A stretch of DNA of 62,361 nt, taken from the NCBI GenBank assembly GCA_041862235.1, contig JBGVSY010000120.1, positions 1-62,361 on the forward strand, in the 5' to 3' direction. The stretch is from Nitrososphaeria archaeon (lineage in GTDB: Archaea > Thermoproteota > Nitrososphaeria_A > Caldarchaeales > JAVZCJ01). The notes below the pieces were generated by a model. That model searched no databases, was not told the origin of the DNA, and saw only the letters and a program-made list of their open reading frames with translations. Position numbers and translations under genes: made by a program. Shown piece after piece: positions 18,260-26,978 of this stretch (its first letter is position 1; every line of letters starts with the position of its first letter).

Positions 18260-20032
18260 GTGAAAGAAGCCCCCGTTCTACTGTTCGTTGTTCTCTTCCT
18301 CCTCTCATTTGGCTTCACTGCAAGGGCGCAGACTGAAACCGCAAGCATCAGGGTTGTCGACCAGGCGGGAAATCCTCAGGTCGCCACCACCGTGATTCTG
18401 AGCACCGCGACTGTTAGGAAGTCGTTCTTCACGAACGGCACAGGTTGGGCGGAGTTCGTAGGTCTCTCCCCTGAGACATACAACGTTTCGGTCCTCTACT
18501 CTGATGTGGTCATAGCGACGGACACCATGACCATCCCTGAAGAGAAGGTCAAGACCGTTTCAGTGTTCTTGAAGGATTTGTCGGTGCGGCTGTTGGACCT
18601 CGGCGGGGATCCCGTATCTGATAGAGAGGTTGTCCTTGCAAGCGAGAGAGGCGGTTTCACCCAGACTAGAGAGACAGGCAAAGACGGAACAGCCGTCTTC
18701 CAATCCCTGCCCTATTCTTCAATCGAGACGATAGGGCCCTACAACCTAAATGTGGAGTATGATGGGATCAAGGTCGTCCAGGCCTCTGTCTCTGTGCCTG
18801 TCAGCGAGGTTACTCTCACCGCCAGGCTCTTGGACCTCAACGTCACCGTGACCGACCTTAGGGGTAACTCTGTCAAGGATGCCTCGGTCCTCATACGGTC
18901 GACAAAAAGCACCGTGGTCTCGCAAATGAAGTCGACGTCGGCCGGGTCAGCTCTCTTCGAGGAGCTGCCGGCGTCCGGTCTACCTGAGGTAGGCGAGTAT
19001 GAGGTCTCGGCGACAGTTCGCCAAGTGGTCGTGTTCAACCAGACGAGAGGCTTCGACGAGAGTCTGAACTTATCAGCCGTGGCGTCATTGGGGGAATTGT
19101 CATTGAAGGTCGTTGACGAATCGGGCGACCCTGTCCCAGAGGTTTTGATCTCTGTTTCGAACGAGGCGAATCCAAGTTATGGAGCCTACGATACGGACAG
19201 TGAAGGCCAAGCTGTCTTGCGAGAGATGCCTCTCTCCACAACGAAGGCGGGTCAATACAATCTCGTGTTCAAAAGAGGCGGCGTCAAGGTGAAAGAGTTC
19301 AACTTCTCCCTATCCTTGTCGCAGCCGTTCGCCGAGGAGACGGTTACCATCGACAGAATTGAGGTCCATATCTCCGTGAAGGACTTTCGAGGCAACCCGG
19401 TGGAAAACGCGGCAATCGAGCTGACGGATCTCTCGCTGCCCGACGGTAAAATCGTCGCGTCCACATCGCGTGGAGGTTTGGCCGACGTTGAAGCCCTGCC
19501 CGGAGCGTACACCGTGACTGTCCAATATAGAGGCCATGAGGTTATGAGCCGGATAGTCGCAGTAAATCAAACCACATTAGAAATAGCTGGAGTCGCCGTT
19601 GATCTCCCCGTCACTATAGTCGTTGTGGATTCAAGTGGTAGCCCACTGTCAGGAGTTGTGGCTCGCGCGATTTTCGGCGGAGAATCGCTCTTTGAAGGAG
19701 AAGTCGGTAGGAACGGCTCCTTCGACGTCACGGTGCCGCATGGTGGACCTCTTACGGTTTCTGTGGAGGTGGGAGGAGTCTTGCAGGCCGTCGAGACAAT
19801 TCTTGTTGACCGGCCTACAACCCAATACGTCACTCTTCGTTCAATCGTGGGGTTCGCCGGTTTTCACGTCTCAGTGGGAACACTCATGGCGGCCGTGACT
19901 GTGCTCGTGATCGTTGTGTTTGTGGGCTTGAACGTGGCTGTGCGGCGGAAGATGTTGACAAAAAGGCTTAAAGGTATCCGCAGAGCGCCCGAGACGTCGT
20001 CAGGAGAAGGTAAGTCCAAGAAGACATCGTGA
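18260..20032 (+). CDS. secreted surface protein built of repeated Ig/carboxypeptidase-regulatory-like beta-sandwich modules, C-terminal TM anchor
   Basis: It has a signal peptide (VLLFVVLFLLSFGFTARAQT). About six units of roughly 85 aa recur with the pattern V.V.D..G.P...A.V.L. A terminal TM helix is followed by a basic tail. The start is GTG. Confidence 0.7.
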   Translation: MKEAPVLLFVVLFLLSFGFTARAQTETASIRVVDQAGNPQVATTVILSTATVRKSFFTNGTGWAEFVGLSPETYNVSVLYSDVVIATDTMTIPEEKVKTVSVFLKDLSVRLLDLGGDPVSDREVVLASERGGFTQTRETGKDGTAVFQSLPYSSIETIGPYNLNVEYDGIKVVQASVSVPVSEVTLTARLLDLNVTVTDLRGNSVKDASVLIRSTKSTVVSQMKSTSAGSALFEELPASGLPEVGEYEVSATVRQVVVFNQTRGFDESLNLSAVASLGELSLKVVDESGDPVPEVLISVSNEANPSYGAYDTDSEGQAVLREMPLSTTKAGQYNLVFKRGGVKVKEFNFSLSLSQPFAEETVTIDRIEVHISVKDFRGNPVENAAIELTDLSLPDGKIVASTSRGGLADVEALPGAYTVTVQYRGHEVMSRIVAVNQTTLEIAGVAVDLPVTIVVVDSSGSPLSGVVARAIFGGESLFEGEVGRNGSFDVTVPHGGPLTVSVEVGGVLQAVETILVDRPTTQYVTLRSIVGFAGFHVSVGTLMAAVTVLVIVVFVGLNVAVRRKMLTKRLKGIRRAPETSSGEGKSKKTS

Positions 20033-20045
20033 CAGGCTGTTCTTC

Positions 20046-20354
20046 GTGTCTCACGGAGATGTGTTCGTTTTGAGCTCAGAGAAGGATTGCGTCCCCTTGT
20101 GTCGTTTCTTTAGGTGCGGGCAGAGGGCTCTGGCAGATCGAGGTCGGCAAGTTTGGTGCAGGTGGGTCAACGACATCTGTACCGGAGGGCGTTGCAAGTA
20201 TGCGGCCTGTGCTCAACGTAGGATGCTTGCCAACAGCAAATGCGGCATGCTCGTAAAGAGAAGAACGGTGGGCGAGTTGACGCCGCAGGGTCCCCTCGCC
20301 AAGGCGGTCTTTGGAGCTAGAGCCAGAAGAAAGCTGGAGGATCTCGGGATCTAG
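20046..20354 (+). CDS. hypothetical Cys-rich small protein (102 aa)
   Basis: It has eight Cys (C15, C19, C24, C38, C45, C50, C55, C66) and a GTG start. Its stop lies 4 nt before the cofE ATG. I recognise no family. Confidence 0.4.
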   Translation: MSHGDVFVLSSEKDCVPLCRFFRCGQRALADRGRQVWCRWVNDICTGGRCKYAACAQRRMLANSKCGMLVKRRTVGELTPQGPLAKAVFGARARRKLEDLGI

Positions 20355-20358
20355 CAGC

Positions 20359-21261
20359 ATGCTGACCGCTGGTTCGGAACGAAAAAATTGCTGGCGTGAC
20401 GAAGGCCTCGATCAATTGGAGCAAGGTTTTATCTCATTGCATGAAGACCTCACTCGACCCGACTTGTCAGCTGAGGATCGGGAGATACGGTGGAGGCGGA
20501 ATTCCCCGCCCATCGTAACCGTTATCGGCATCACGGGCATTCCTTTGGTGCATCCTGGAGACCACCTAGCCTCGATCATAGTTGATGCAGCCAGAAGGCA
20601 GAAGACGCCCATCGCTGAGGGAGATGCTGTGGTCGTCACGCACACAGTGGTCTCCCTGAGCGAGGGATTGATTGTGAATCTAGAGGGCATCGAGCCGTCG
20701 GATTTTGCCAAGAGATTCGGCGTTGAACATGGAAAGGACCCACGCCTGGTGGAGTTGGTCCTGAGGAACTCCAAGCGGATCGTGAGGATGAAGGGCGGAA
20801 TACTCATAGCAGAAACGAAACACGGCTTTGTATGCGCCAACGCCGGAGTCGACATCTCCAACGTTTCAGGCGGGTCGATGGCTGTCACTCTGCCTCAAGA
20901 TCCCGACGCTTCTGCCAATAGGGTCCGCAGAGGGATCAAGGATATCACGGGGCTTGATGTCGCTGTGCTCGTGTCGGACACGCATGGAAGACCCCTCAGG
21001 AGAGGGCAGGTCAATCTCGCCATCGGAGTGAGTGATATCAATCCTCTCTACGACAGGCGGGGGGAATTGGACCTCCACGGTAGAGCCCTGCAGGTGAAGA
21101 CTATCGCTGTAGCAGACGAGATATGTGGCGCCGCGGAACTTGTCATAGGTCAAGCTGCAGAGGGTATCCCAGCCGCAATTGTTCGTGGGTACAGGTATCA
21201 TCGAGGACGATCGTCGGCGAGGCAGCTCATAAGGAAGGAAGAAGAGGATCTCTTCATATAA
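20359..21261 (+). CDS. cofE: coenzyme F420-0:L-glutamate ligase
   Basis: Motifs include GIPLVHPGDHLA, GDAVVVTHTVVS..EG, ETKHGFVCANAGVDISNV, LVSDTHGRPLRRGQVNLAIG and ADEICGAAELV. The exact start is uncertain: ATG 20359, or TTG 20464 closer to the conserved core. Confidence 0.85.
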   Translation: MLTAGSERKNCWRDEGLDQLEQGFISLHEDLTRPDLSAEDREIRWRRNSPPIVTVIGITGIPLVHPGDHLASIIVDAARRQKTPIAEGDAVVVTHTVVSLSEGLIVNLEGIEPSDFAKRFGVEHGKDPRLVELVLRNSKRIVRMKGGILIAETKHGFVCANAGVDISNVSGGSMAVTLPQDPDASANRVRRGIKDITGLDVAVLVSDTHGRPLRRGQVNLAIGVSDINPLYDRRGELDLHGRALQVKTIAVADEICGAAELVIGQAAEGIPAAIVRGYRYHRGRSSARQLIRKEEEDLFI

Positions 21262-21277
21262 AGGCCGAATTCAGTGA

Positions 21278-22027
21278 ATGGCATTGCCGAGTCGGTTCGA
21301 ACCTGATGCCCTGACATGTCTTCTTGAACTAACTGTCAAGTCGGGCCAAGCACACATCAGCGACCTGGCGGCCAAGTGCAGATTCAGCGTGGAGCTGACC
21401 GAGAGGATCATTGCCAGTGCGCCTGAGGTGGCGTTGGAAGAAGCAACGATCCTTGTTTTGGACGAGAAAAGAATTCAACTTGCTTTAAGGGCAGTGAGGA
21501 GCCGGGCAGACCGTGTTAAAGTTGCGCGTCTCCTGAGTTGGAAGGACTTTGAGATCTTCTCTGCCAAGGTGTTCTCGGCATTTGGATATCAGATCGCGAC
21601 CAACGTCAGGCTCAAGTTCCACAGGCGCAGAATGGAGATCGACCTCGTGGCGCAGAGGTACTCAAGCCTTGTTGCTGTGGACTGCAAGCACTGGAAGAAC
21701 GTTCTCTCTGGGCAAAGGATGGCTAGAGTTGCCAACGAGCAGGATCTGAGGGCCGAGTGTTTAGCTCGGTTTCTCAGCGAGCAGTGGGGACCCGGTGAAG
21801 TCTGTGTCAGAGTCCTGCCCGTCGTTGTCTGTCTGTACGAGCCGCGGCAGAGGTTTTTCAACGGTTGCCCTCTCGTCTCTGTCACTAATCTTCCAAGTTT
21901 CGTTGAGCAACTCCCGGCCGAGATCGCTGGTTTGAGAACACACAAGGCAGGACTGTCGAGGCTAACATCTATCGATGAAATCGTGCAAGGCATCAAAGGA
22001 ATGAAGGGTCAGAAAACCCTTGGGTGA
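21278..22027 (+). CDS. PD-(D/E)xK restriction-endonuclease-like (Mrr_cat-type) protein with N-terminal helical/wHTH region
   Basis: The core is WKDFEIFSAKVFSAFGYQI...EIDLVAQ...LVAVDCKHW, that is D/E...D-x-K after a helix, as in the Mrr-type catalytic domain. Confidence 0.55.
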   Translation: MALPSRFEPDALTCLLELTVKSGQAHISDLAAKCRFSVELTERIIASAPEVALEEATILVLDEKRIQLALRAVRSRADRVKVARLLSWKDFEIFSAKVFSAFGYQIATNVRLKFHRRRMEIDLVAQRYSSLVAVDCKHWKNVLSGQRMARVANEQDLRAECLARFLSEQWGPGEVCVRVLPVVVCLYEPRQRFFNGCPLVSVTNLPSFVEQLPAEIAGLRTHKAGLSRLTSIDEIVQGIKGMKGQKTLG

Positions 22028-22135
22028 AGACGAAGTTGACTGTAGGGTCACGAATCGAACATGTCAAAAGGGCGAGACACCCTCTTTGACCCTTATCGGA
22101 AGTCTTTTAAACTCTATCACGGTGCTGGCACAAAC

Positions 22136-22465
22136 ATGAGTGAAATAAGCTACGGCGAGTTCAAGAGGATAGACATGCGAGTCGGCACTGTCCTCACCGC
22201 TGAAAAGGCCGCTGGCTCGGACAAGTTGATGAAGATGAAGGTGGATTTTGGGGGACGGGTCAAGCAGGCGGTAGCCGGGCTTGCGCATCTCTACGAGGCC
22301 GAGCACTTCGTAGGGAAGCAGTACGTCTTCGTATTCAACCTGAAGCCGGCGATGTTTCGGGGTCAGATCTCGGAGTGCATGATCCTGGCAGCAGCCAAGG
22401 ATGACAGCGTCGTAATCCCCGTGGCCCCTGAGCGCAGCGTGGAGAATGGTCTCAGGGTTCTGTAG
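22136..22465 (+). CDS. tRNA-binding domain protein (Trbp111/CsaA/EMAP-like OB fold)
   Basis: Motifs are FKRIDMRVGTVLTAEK..GSDKLMKMKVDFG...VAGL...YVFVFNLKPAMFRGQISECMILAA. A TTTTAAA box lies about 30 nt upstream of this ATG. The ORF is also open from 22061. Confidence 0.75.
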   Translation: MSEISYGEFKRIDMRVGTVLTAEKAAGSDKLMKMKVDFGGRVKQAVAGLAHLYEAEHFVGKQYVFVFNLKPAMFRGQISECMILAAAKDDSVVIPVAPERSVENGLRVL

Positions 22466-22573
22466 CCTAATCGACCCCCTCGTTGACTGAGGTTGTGCTG
22501 CGCCGCACTGGGGGACGATCGATCGGGTCGCATGGTGCTGTTGATTGCCGATCGGGGTGAATCGATCTTCGGC

Positions 22574-23185
22574 CTAGGTCTTGGTTGCTCTCACAACCAC
22601 TAGGCGTTCGAAGAAGAGTCTGGTCTCTCCGACTATTTGGGTCCTGCAGCCCAGTCTCTCCATTTCTCGAAGGGGCTCTTCTATGCCGGAGGACGAGGAG
22701 AGAACCATCCATACCGAACCTCCCGGTTCCAGGTGTTGAACCGCCTGTCGGATAAATCGAAGTAATGTTTCTGTTCCGCGCTCGCCACCTGCCCAAGCCC
22801 GGTCCTCGATCCTCTGGTGAACCCACATCTCCTCTTGAAGGTACGGGGGGTTAGAAACGATCGCCGAGAATCTCTTGCCAGTTCGGATGGGTTCGAGGCC
22901 GTTGGAGCAGACCACGTCGATTTTCCGGCTCAGCAGGTTCAGTTCTGCGTTGCAATGAGCACACCGTGCTGCAGCGGGATTGATGTCCGTCGCCAGCACA
23001 AACCCAGCTGTTCGAGCCACTTCCAAGGCAAGTATCCCCGAACCGGTGCCGATGTCCGCCAGCACAAATCCCAATTGTGCTCTTTCTCGGATGATGCAGT
23101 CCAGGATGAGGTAGGTGTCTTGTCCCGGGGGGTATACGCCGTCGAGGAGCCTCAGCGTTGTCGGTCCCTGACGCCTCACTTTCAA
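22574..23185 (-). CDS. HemK/Mtq2-like SAM-dependent methyltransferase (N5-glutamine type)
   Basis: It has SAM motif I (LADIGTGSGILAL) and the catalytic NPPY tetrapeptide (IVSNPPY). Confidence 0.7.
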   Translation of the reverse strand: MKVRRQGPTTLRLLDGVYPPGQDTYLILDCIIRERAQLGFVLADIGTGSGILALEVARTAGFVLATDINPAAARCAHCNAELNLLSRKIDVVCSNGLEPIRTGKRFSAIVSNPPYLQEEMWVHQRIEDRAWAGGERGTETLLRFIRQAVQHLEPGGSVWMVLSSSSGIEEPLREMERLGCRTQIVGETRLFFERLVVVRATKT

Positions 23186-23225
23186 CAGACAGGCACTGTC
23201 CCTTCGAGGTATTGACTAGACTGGC

Positions 23226-24521
23226 CTAGGGATAGATTCTGGTAGGGGTTCGAGGAAAGAGGCTTGCGTCCCTGATATGTCGCAGACCCAGAAGCCATCT
23301 GACCGTTCGCTCTATCCCCAACCCGAAGCCGCTGTGAGGCACGGAGCCGTACCGCCTAAGGTCGAGGTACCACTCGTAGTCCTCAGGGTTGAGGCCCCAA
23401 GACTCTATGCTCTCAACAAGCTGGTTGTAATCATGAATCCTCTGCCCTCCCCCGATTATCTCTCCATATCCACCGGGGGCAAGGAGGTCCGCACAACGGA
23501 GGACGCGGGGATCTTTGGGATCCCACATGTGGTAGAAGGTGCCCTTGGCCTCCCTGGGGTAGGAGGTCACAAAGAATGGCTTCTCGAATTCCTTGGAGAG
23601 AACGGTCTCTTCATCTGCCCCCAAATCGTCTCCCCACTCCAGTTCCATGCCTCTCCGCCTTATTGTATCAAGAGCCTCTGTGTAGCTTATCCTTGGATAG
23701 GGTGGCTCTACCGCCTCTGTGTCGATCTGTTTTCGCAGAAACCTGAGCTCGGCTTGACAGCGACGGACGACCTCCTTGACGGCAAGGCTCACAAGCTCCT
23801 CCTGCAGACTCATGATATCGTCCAGGTCGGCGAAGGCCACCTCGGCTTCAAGATGAGTGAACTCCGTGAGATGCCTGGGGGTCCTGCTCTTCTCTGCTCT
23901 AAAGCTCGGCTGAAGCGAGTAGACTCTCTCCAAGCCGAAGATCGCTGCCTCTTGGTAGAGCTGAACGCTCTGCGTCAGATACGCTGTTTTGCCGAAGTAA
24001 TCGACGGGGAACAAGGTTGCGCCTCCCTCGACGGCAGCTGTGACAAGAGTGGGACACTGTATCTCGTAGAAGCCTCTCTCGTCCAAGCAATTGAGGACTC
24101 CTTGCACGAAGGCGGACTTCGCCTTCATGAAAGCTGCAACCCTTGGGCTACGCAGGTGCAGGTGACGGTGGTCGAGTTGGAAGCGAACGCTCGCCCCCTT
24201 CCTTATCGGAAATTCCCCGATGGAGCGCCCTATGGGTTCCATGGATAAGCAGTGTATCTCGGATCCCCCGGGCGCCCTCTCATCCTTCTTCACAACCCCA
24301 CGAAGCTTCACAGACGACTCTGTTTTGATCTCTGACGCCAGGCTCATGCTGTCGGGGTCCGATACTCCCTTCTTGAAAGCGACCTGCAGAAGCCCCTTCG
24401 AGTCTCTGATGGTCAGAAACACTACGCCGCCGTGCAGTCTTCTAGTGTAGATCCAGGCCATCAGCTCCACCTCTGAGCCTTCAGGCATGCTGAACACGTC
24501 GGAGGTGAAAGTCTTCTTCAA
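23226..24521 (-). CDS. asnS: asparagine--tRNA ligase
   Basis: It is a class IIb aaRS with an N-terminal OB fold and motifs 2 and 3 (FRAEKSRTPRHLTEFTHLE; GFGLGIERTV). The YEWYLDLRRYGSVPHSGFGLG block is AsnRS-typical rather than AspRS-typical. Confidence 0.85.
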   Translation of the reverse strand: MKKTFTSDVFSMPEGSEVELMAWIYTRRLHGGVVFLTIRDSKGLLQVAFKKGVSDPDSMSLASEIKTESSVKLRGVVKKDERAPGGSEIHCLSMEPIGRSIGEFPIRKGASVRFQLDHRHLHLRSPRVAAFMKAKSAFVQGVLNCLDERGFYEIQCPTLVTAAVEGGATLFPVDYFGKTAYLTQSVQLYQEAAIFGLERVYSLQPSFRAEKSRTPRHLTEFTHLEAEVAFADLDDIMSLQEELVSLAVKEVVRRCQAELRFLRKQIDTEAVEPPYPRISYTEALDTIRRRGMELEWGDDLGADEETVLSKEFEKPFFVTSYPREAKGTFYHMWDPKDPRVLRCADLLAPGGYGEIIGGGQRIHDYNQLVESIESWGLNPEDYEWYLDLRRYGSVPHSGFGLGIERTVRWLLGLRHIRDASLFPRTPTRIYP

Positions 24522-24693
24522 TCCGCTCTACACTCCGATGCGTGGCGTAGGGGAAGCGGCGGACGCTTTATGCTTTTCACAGAAAACCTGCGCTCGATGT
24601 GACTCAACTTTGTGGTCCAGCGAAAGGCGAGTCAAGGTAGGGGGTGAACAACTCGATGATCAGAATTGGGGGGGCGCCATTCGTCCCTCGACG

Positions 24694-25503
24694 CTATCCG
24701 ACCTTTAGCTTCTTCCACACTAGTATGGTTGCGTATTCTCTTCTGATGCCCTCGTTCTGCACAGCGTTGGCGATGTTCGTCTGCAGAATTGTGTCCACTT
24801 TCTCTCCGTAGACACTCCCGTATCTGCTTTTCATCTCTTCGTAAAGTTCATTTGGTATCTGCGTGGAAACTGTGCGCTGATCTATTCGCTGAGGAAGCTC
24901 ATCCAACTCGCGGATTCTGGAGTCCACCTCTTTGATCCTTTCTCTAAGTTCGAACAATCTCTGCCTGAGGACGGGTATCTGAGCCTCAAGCTCTTCTCTC
25001 GCTCCCACCTCTATCGTTTTGCCTCCGCTCTCCTTCTCCTTCATCTGAAGTGTGTTAAGCTCTATCGTCGAAAGGTACAACTCTTCTTCCGTCGTCGCAA
25101 AGCTGCTCTCCAGCTTGCCCTTTGCAGCCTGGAACTTGTTCTTGACTGCAGCTGAGTCCTGCACTATCGCTTCTCGAGACTCGTCCCATCTGGAGATGAT
25201 CTTCTTCGCCACTCCCACACTTATGTCCTGATCTCTGAACATTCTCTGGAAGACTGTGTCCCTGAGCTTGATGTCATTCATGCGAGACAGTAGGGCCTCG
25301 TAGCTGCTTTTCGCCTCTTCCAAGTCCCTTTCAGGTGTGGCCTCTGGCTTGGACACACCTTCCTCAGCCTTTTCCACAACCTGAACGGATTCCTTGCCCT
25401 CTTCCTGAGCCGGTTCCTCCTTGCCCTCACTCTCTACGGAGGGTGCCTCTTCCTCCCGCGAAACCGTCTCGTCCCTTATTACTATCTTCCTAGGCATCTT
25501 CAA
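24694..25503 (-). CDS. coiled-coil protein with acidic N-terminal region, co-transcribed with the JAMM gene
   Basis: The N-terminus is Glu/Lys-rich and low complexity. Long heptad-like helices follow (ELEAQIPVLRQRLFELRERIKEVDSRIRELDE). The start (TTG 25503 or ATG 25497) is 1-7 nt after the JAMM stop. Confidence 0.6.
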   Translation of the reverse strand: MKMPRKIVIRDETVSREEEAPSVESEGKEEPAQEEGKESVQVVEKAEEGVSKPEATPERDLEEAKSSYEALLSRMNDIKLRDTVFQRMFRDQDISVGVAKKIISRWDESREAIVQDSAAVKNKFQAAKGKLESSFATTEEELYLSTIELNTLQMKEKESGGKTIEVGAREELEAQIPVLRQRLFELRERIKEVDSRIRELDELPQRIDQRTVSTQIPNELYEEMKSRYGSVYGEKVDTILQTNIANAVQNEGIRREYATILVWKKLKVG

Positions 25504-25504
25504 G

Positions 25505-26287
25505 CTACCCTATCGCGAATATGAAAGCTACGAGCACCATGATTGCGACCGCTGCCAAGGCCATTGCGATCAAACCCTTGACAGAGCCGATTCTAAGCAA
25601 TAGATACTCCGCAAAGCTCGTAGGAATGCCTGCATTCCCTACAGGGTCAAGTAGGCGGTCGACACCATCTACATTGACCAGCTGCTCCAGGCCGGAACTA
25701 TCATCCCCCAGATCCTTTTCGATCGATCGATCGATCGTCAAACCCTGGTCAGGCTTGAAATCAACGTCAAGAACATGCCTTATGTCAAGCGTACTGAGAC
25801 CATAGAGAGTGCTCTGAAGTACCTTGTTGCGCCCAGCACCCACTGATACCACGTTTTGGAGCACTTGGCCCCTCTTGCCGAGCCTGAACACCCTGAACCT
25901 CAGGTCTGAGATCTGCCTTGTAGTCTTGTATATTATGGGGTCTATCACAAGGGCCACAGCCTTGGGAAAGAGAGCTTGGTACCTTCTCTGAGTCTCTATG
26001 TCTATTCCAGAAAGGAACAGACCCATTCCCGGGTGAGAATGGTACCAACCAACAACGTAGAGGCCGCTGGTCTCCTCCCTCAGCTTCTCAGCGACATCGG
26101 CTTGAACTTCCTCGTGCAGCTCGACATAGCCAGGATTTCCTCGTTGCCTTCCAGTCACGGCGTCCCATACCTCCAAAACTGATCCTTGCATTTTCCCTAC
26201 TAGGAGCCCGATCACTTCTCTTCGAACATTGGTCAAGGAGTGCTTCAAGATCTTTCCGAGGGCCAGCGGATAGATCCGGGTCTTCAT
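25505..26287 (-). CDS. JAB1/MPN/Mov34 (JAMM, Rpn11-like) metalloisopeptidase with C-terminal TM anchor
   Basis: A conserved Glu (REVIGLLVG) precedes the JAMM site, WYHSHPGMGLFLSGIDIETQ (H-x-H-x7-S-x2-D). The last 23 residues (GLIAMALAAVAIMVLVAFIFAIG) form a hydrophobic helix. Confidence 0.85.
   Translation of the reverse strand: MKTRIYPLALGKILKHSLTNVRREVIGLLVGKMQGSVLEVWDAVTGRQRGNPGYVELHEEVQADVAEKLREETSGLYVVGWYHSHPGMGLFLSGIDIETQRRYQALFPKAVALVIDPIIYKTTRQISDLRFRVFRLGKRGQVLQNVVSVGAGRNKVLQSTLYGLSTLDIRHVLDVDFKPDQGLTIDRSIEKDLGDDSSGLEQLVNVDGVDRLLDPVGNAGIPTSFAEYLLLRIGSVKGLIAMALAAVAIMVLVAFIFAIG
25720..25737. repeat. (CGAT)4CG palindromic run inside the JAMM gene
   Basis: It reads cgatcgatcgatcgatcg. 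This is the longest instance of the window-wide GATCGATC motif. Confidence 0.9.
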
Positions 26288-26325
26288 GAATATCTCCTGG
26301 CGAACCGCGAGAACGAAAACGCGAC

Positions 26326-26340
26326 GCCTATATATCTTTG
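26326..26340 (-). promoter_or_regulatory. candidate TATA box for the JAMM operon
   Basis: TATATAT at 26330-26336 lies about 45 nt upstream of the minus-strand ATG at 26287. Confidence 0.35.
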
Positions 26341-26659
26341 TGATGTGTAGAGCTTGTCAGTGACCCCGATTCCAGCGCGTTTTCACCTCCACTTTTCGTC
26401 CCAATTCCTGATTTCAGGCCTGATATCCGCGGTATCGATGATTGGGGCGAAAAATCGGCGATAGACCACTGCCCAATTCAGTCGATCCAAGGAACAGCTC
26501 GAAGATTCTGGACGGGGCGCCTTCCTGGGTAAGACTTCGAGATTTCCTGAATAGTAAGCTGAGAGCCGGTTGCCGAAAACCTTTAGGCGGGCTCCGTAAA
26601 GCTAATAGGGGCGGTTAGGCGGCGAACGGGAAACTGGCGTGTTTCCACAAGATGGCACA

Positions 26660-26700
26660 GTTGCGATAAAGCTTGACTCCCGTGCGATACGCTAATAACC
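26660..26700 (+). promoter_or_regulatory. candidate promoter region of the ubiquitin operon
   Basis: Two A/T-rich boxes, GATAAAG (26665-26671) and TAATAA (26693-26698), lie 40-73 nt upstream of the TTG start at 26738. I cannot say which one is used. Confidence 0.3.
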
Positions 26701-26737
26701 TGGTCGCCGGACCGACTTGCAAGGACTCGGATGAGAA

Positions 26738-26974
26738 TTGAAGATCAAGGTAGTACCTGCGGTGGGCGGCGGAAGCCCTCTGGAACTGGATGTGGCCCCT
26801 ACAGCTACGGTTGGCGCGGTGAAGACGAAAGTCTGTGCGATCAAGAGACTGCCTCCGGACACGACGAGGCTCACATACAAGGGACGGGCACTCAAGGACA
26901 CGGACAATCTGTCGAGCCTCGGTGTGGCTGAAGGAGACAAATTGGTGCTGATAACAAGAACAGTAGGCGGCTAA
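26738..26974 (+). CDS. ubiquitin homologue (78 aa) terminating in Gly-Gly
   Basis: It aligns end to end with eukaryotic ubiquitin: MKIKV/MQIFV, LELDVAPTATVGAVKTKV/LEVEPSDTIENVKAKI, PPDTTRLTYKGRALKD/PPDQQRLIFAGKQLED, and LVLITRTVGG-stop/LHLVLRLRGG. The start is TTG. Confidence 0.85.
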   Translation: MKIKVVPAVGGGSPLELDVAPTATVGAVKTKVCAIKRLPPDTTRLTYKGRALKDTDNLSSLGVAEGDKLVLITRTVGG

Positions 26975-26978
26975 TCCC

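Noticed and set aside
23277-24248. A 323-aa plus-strand ORF lies antisense to asnS.
   Set aside because: The minus-strand frame carries the complete class II AsnRS motif set. The plus-strand product is a typical shadow ORF of a GC-rich gene, with Pro/Leu/Gly/Val-rich composition and no motifs.
25720-25737. I asked whether the CGAT repeat runs could be part of a CRISPR array or a microsatellite locus.
   Set aside because: They are single short palindromic runs of 10-18 nt scattered over 50 kb, with no spacer-repeat periodicity. They are reported as an over-represented motif instead.
26692-26940. ORFs 26692..26940 (minus) and 26731..26931 (plus, ATG start) overlap the ubiquitin gene.
   Set aside because: Only the TTG-initiated frame at 26738 gives a ubiquitin-like sequence ending in GG. 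The ATG frame gives a Gly/Arg/Cys-rich peptide with no similarity to anything I know.
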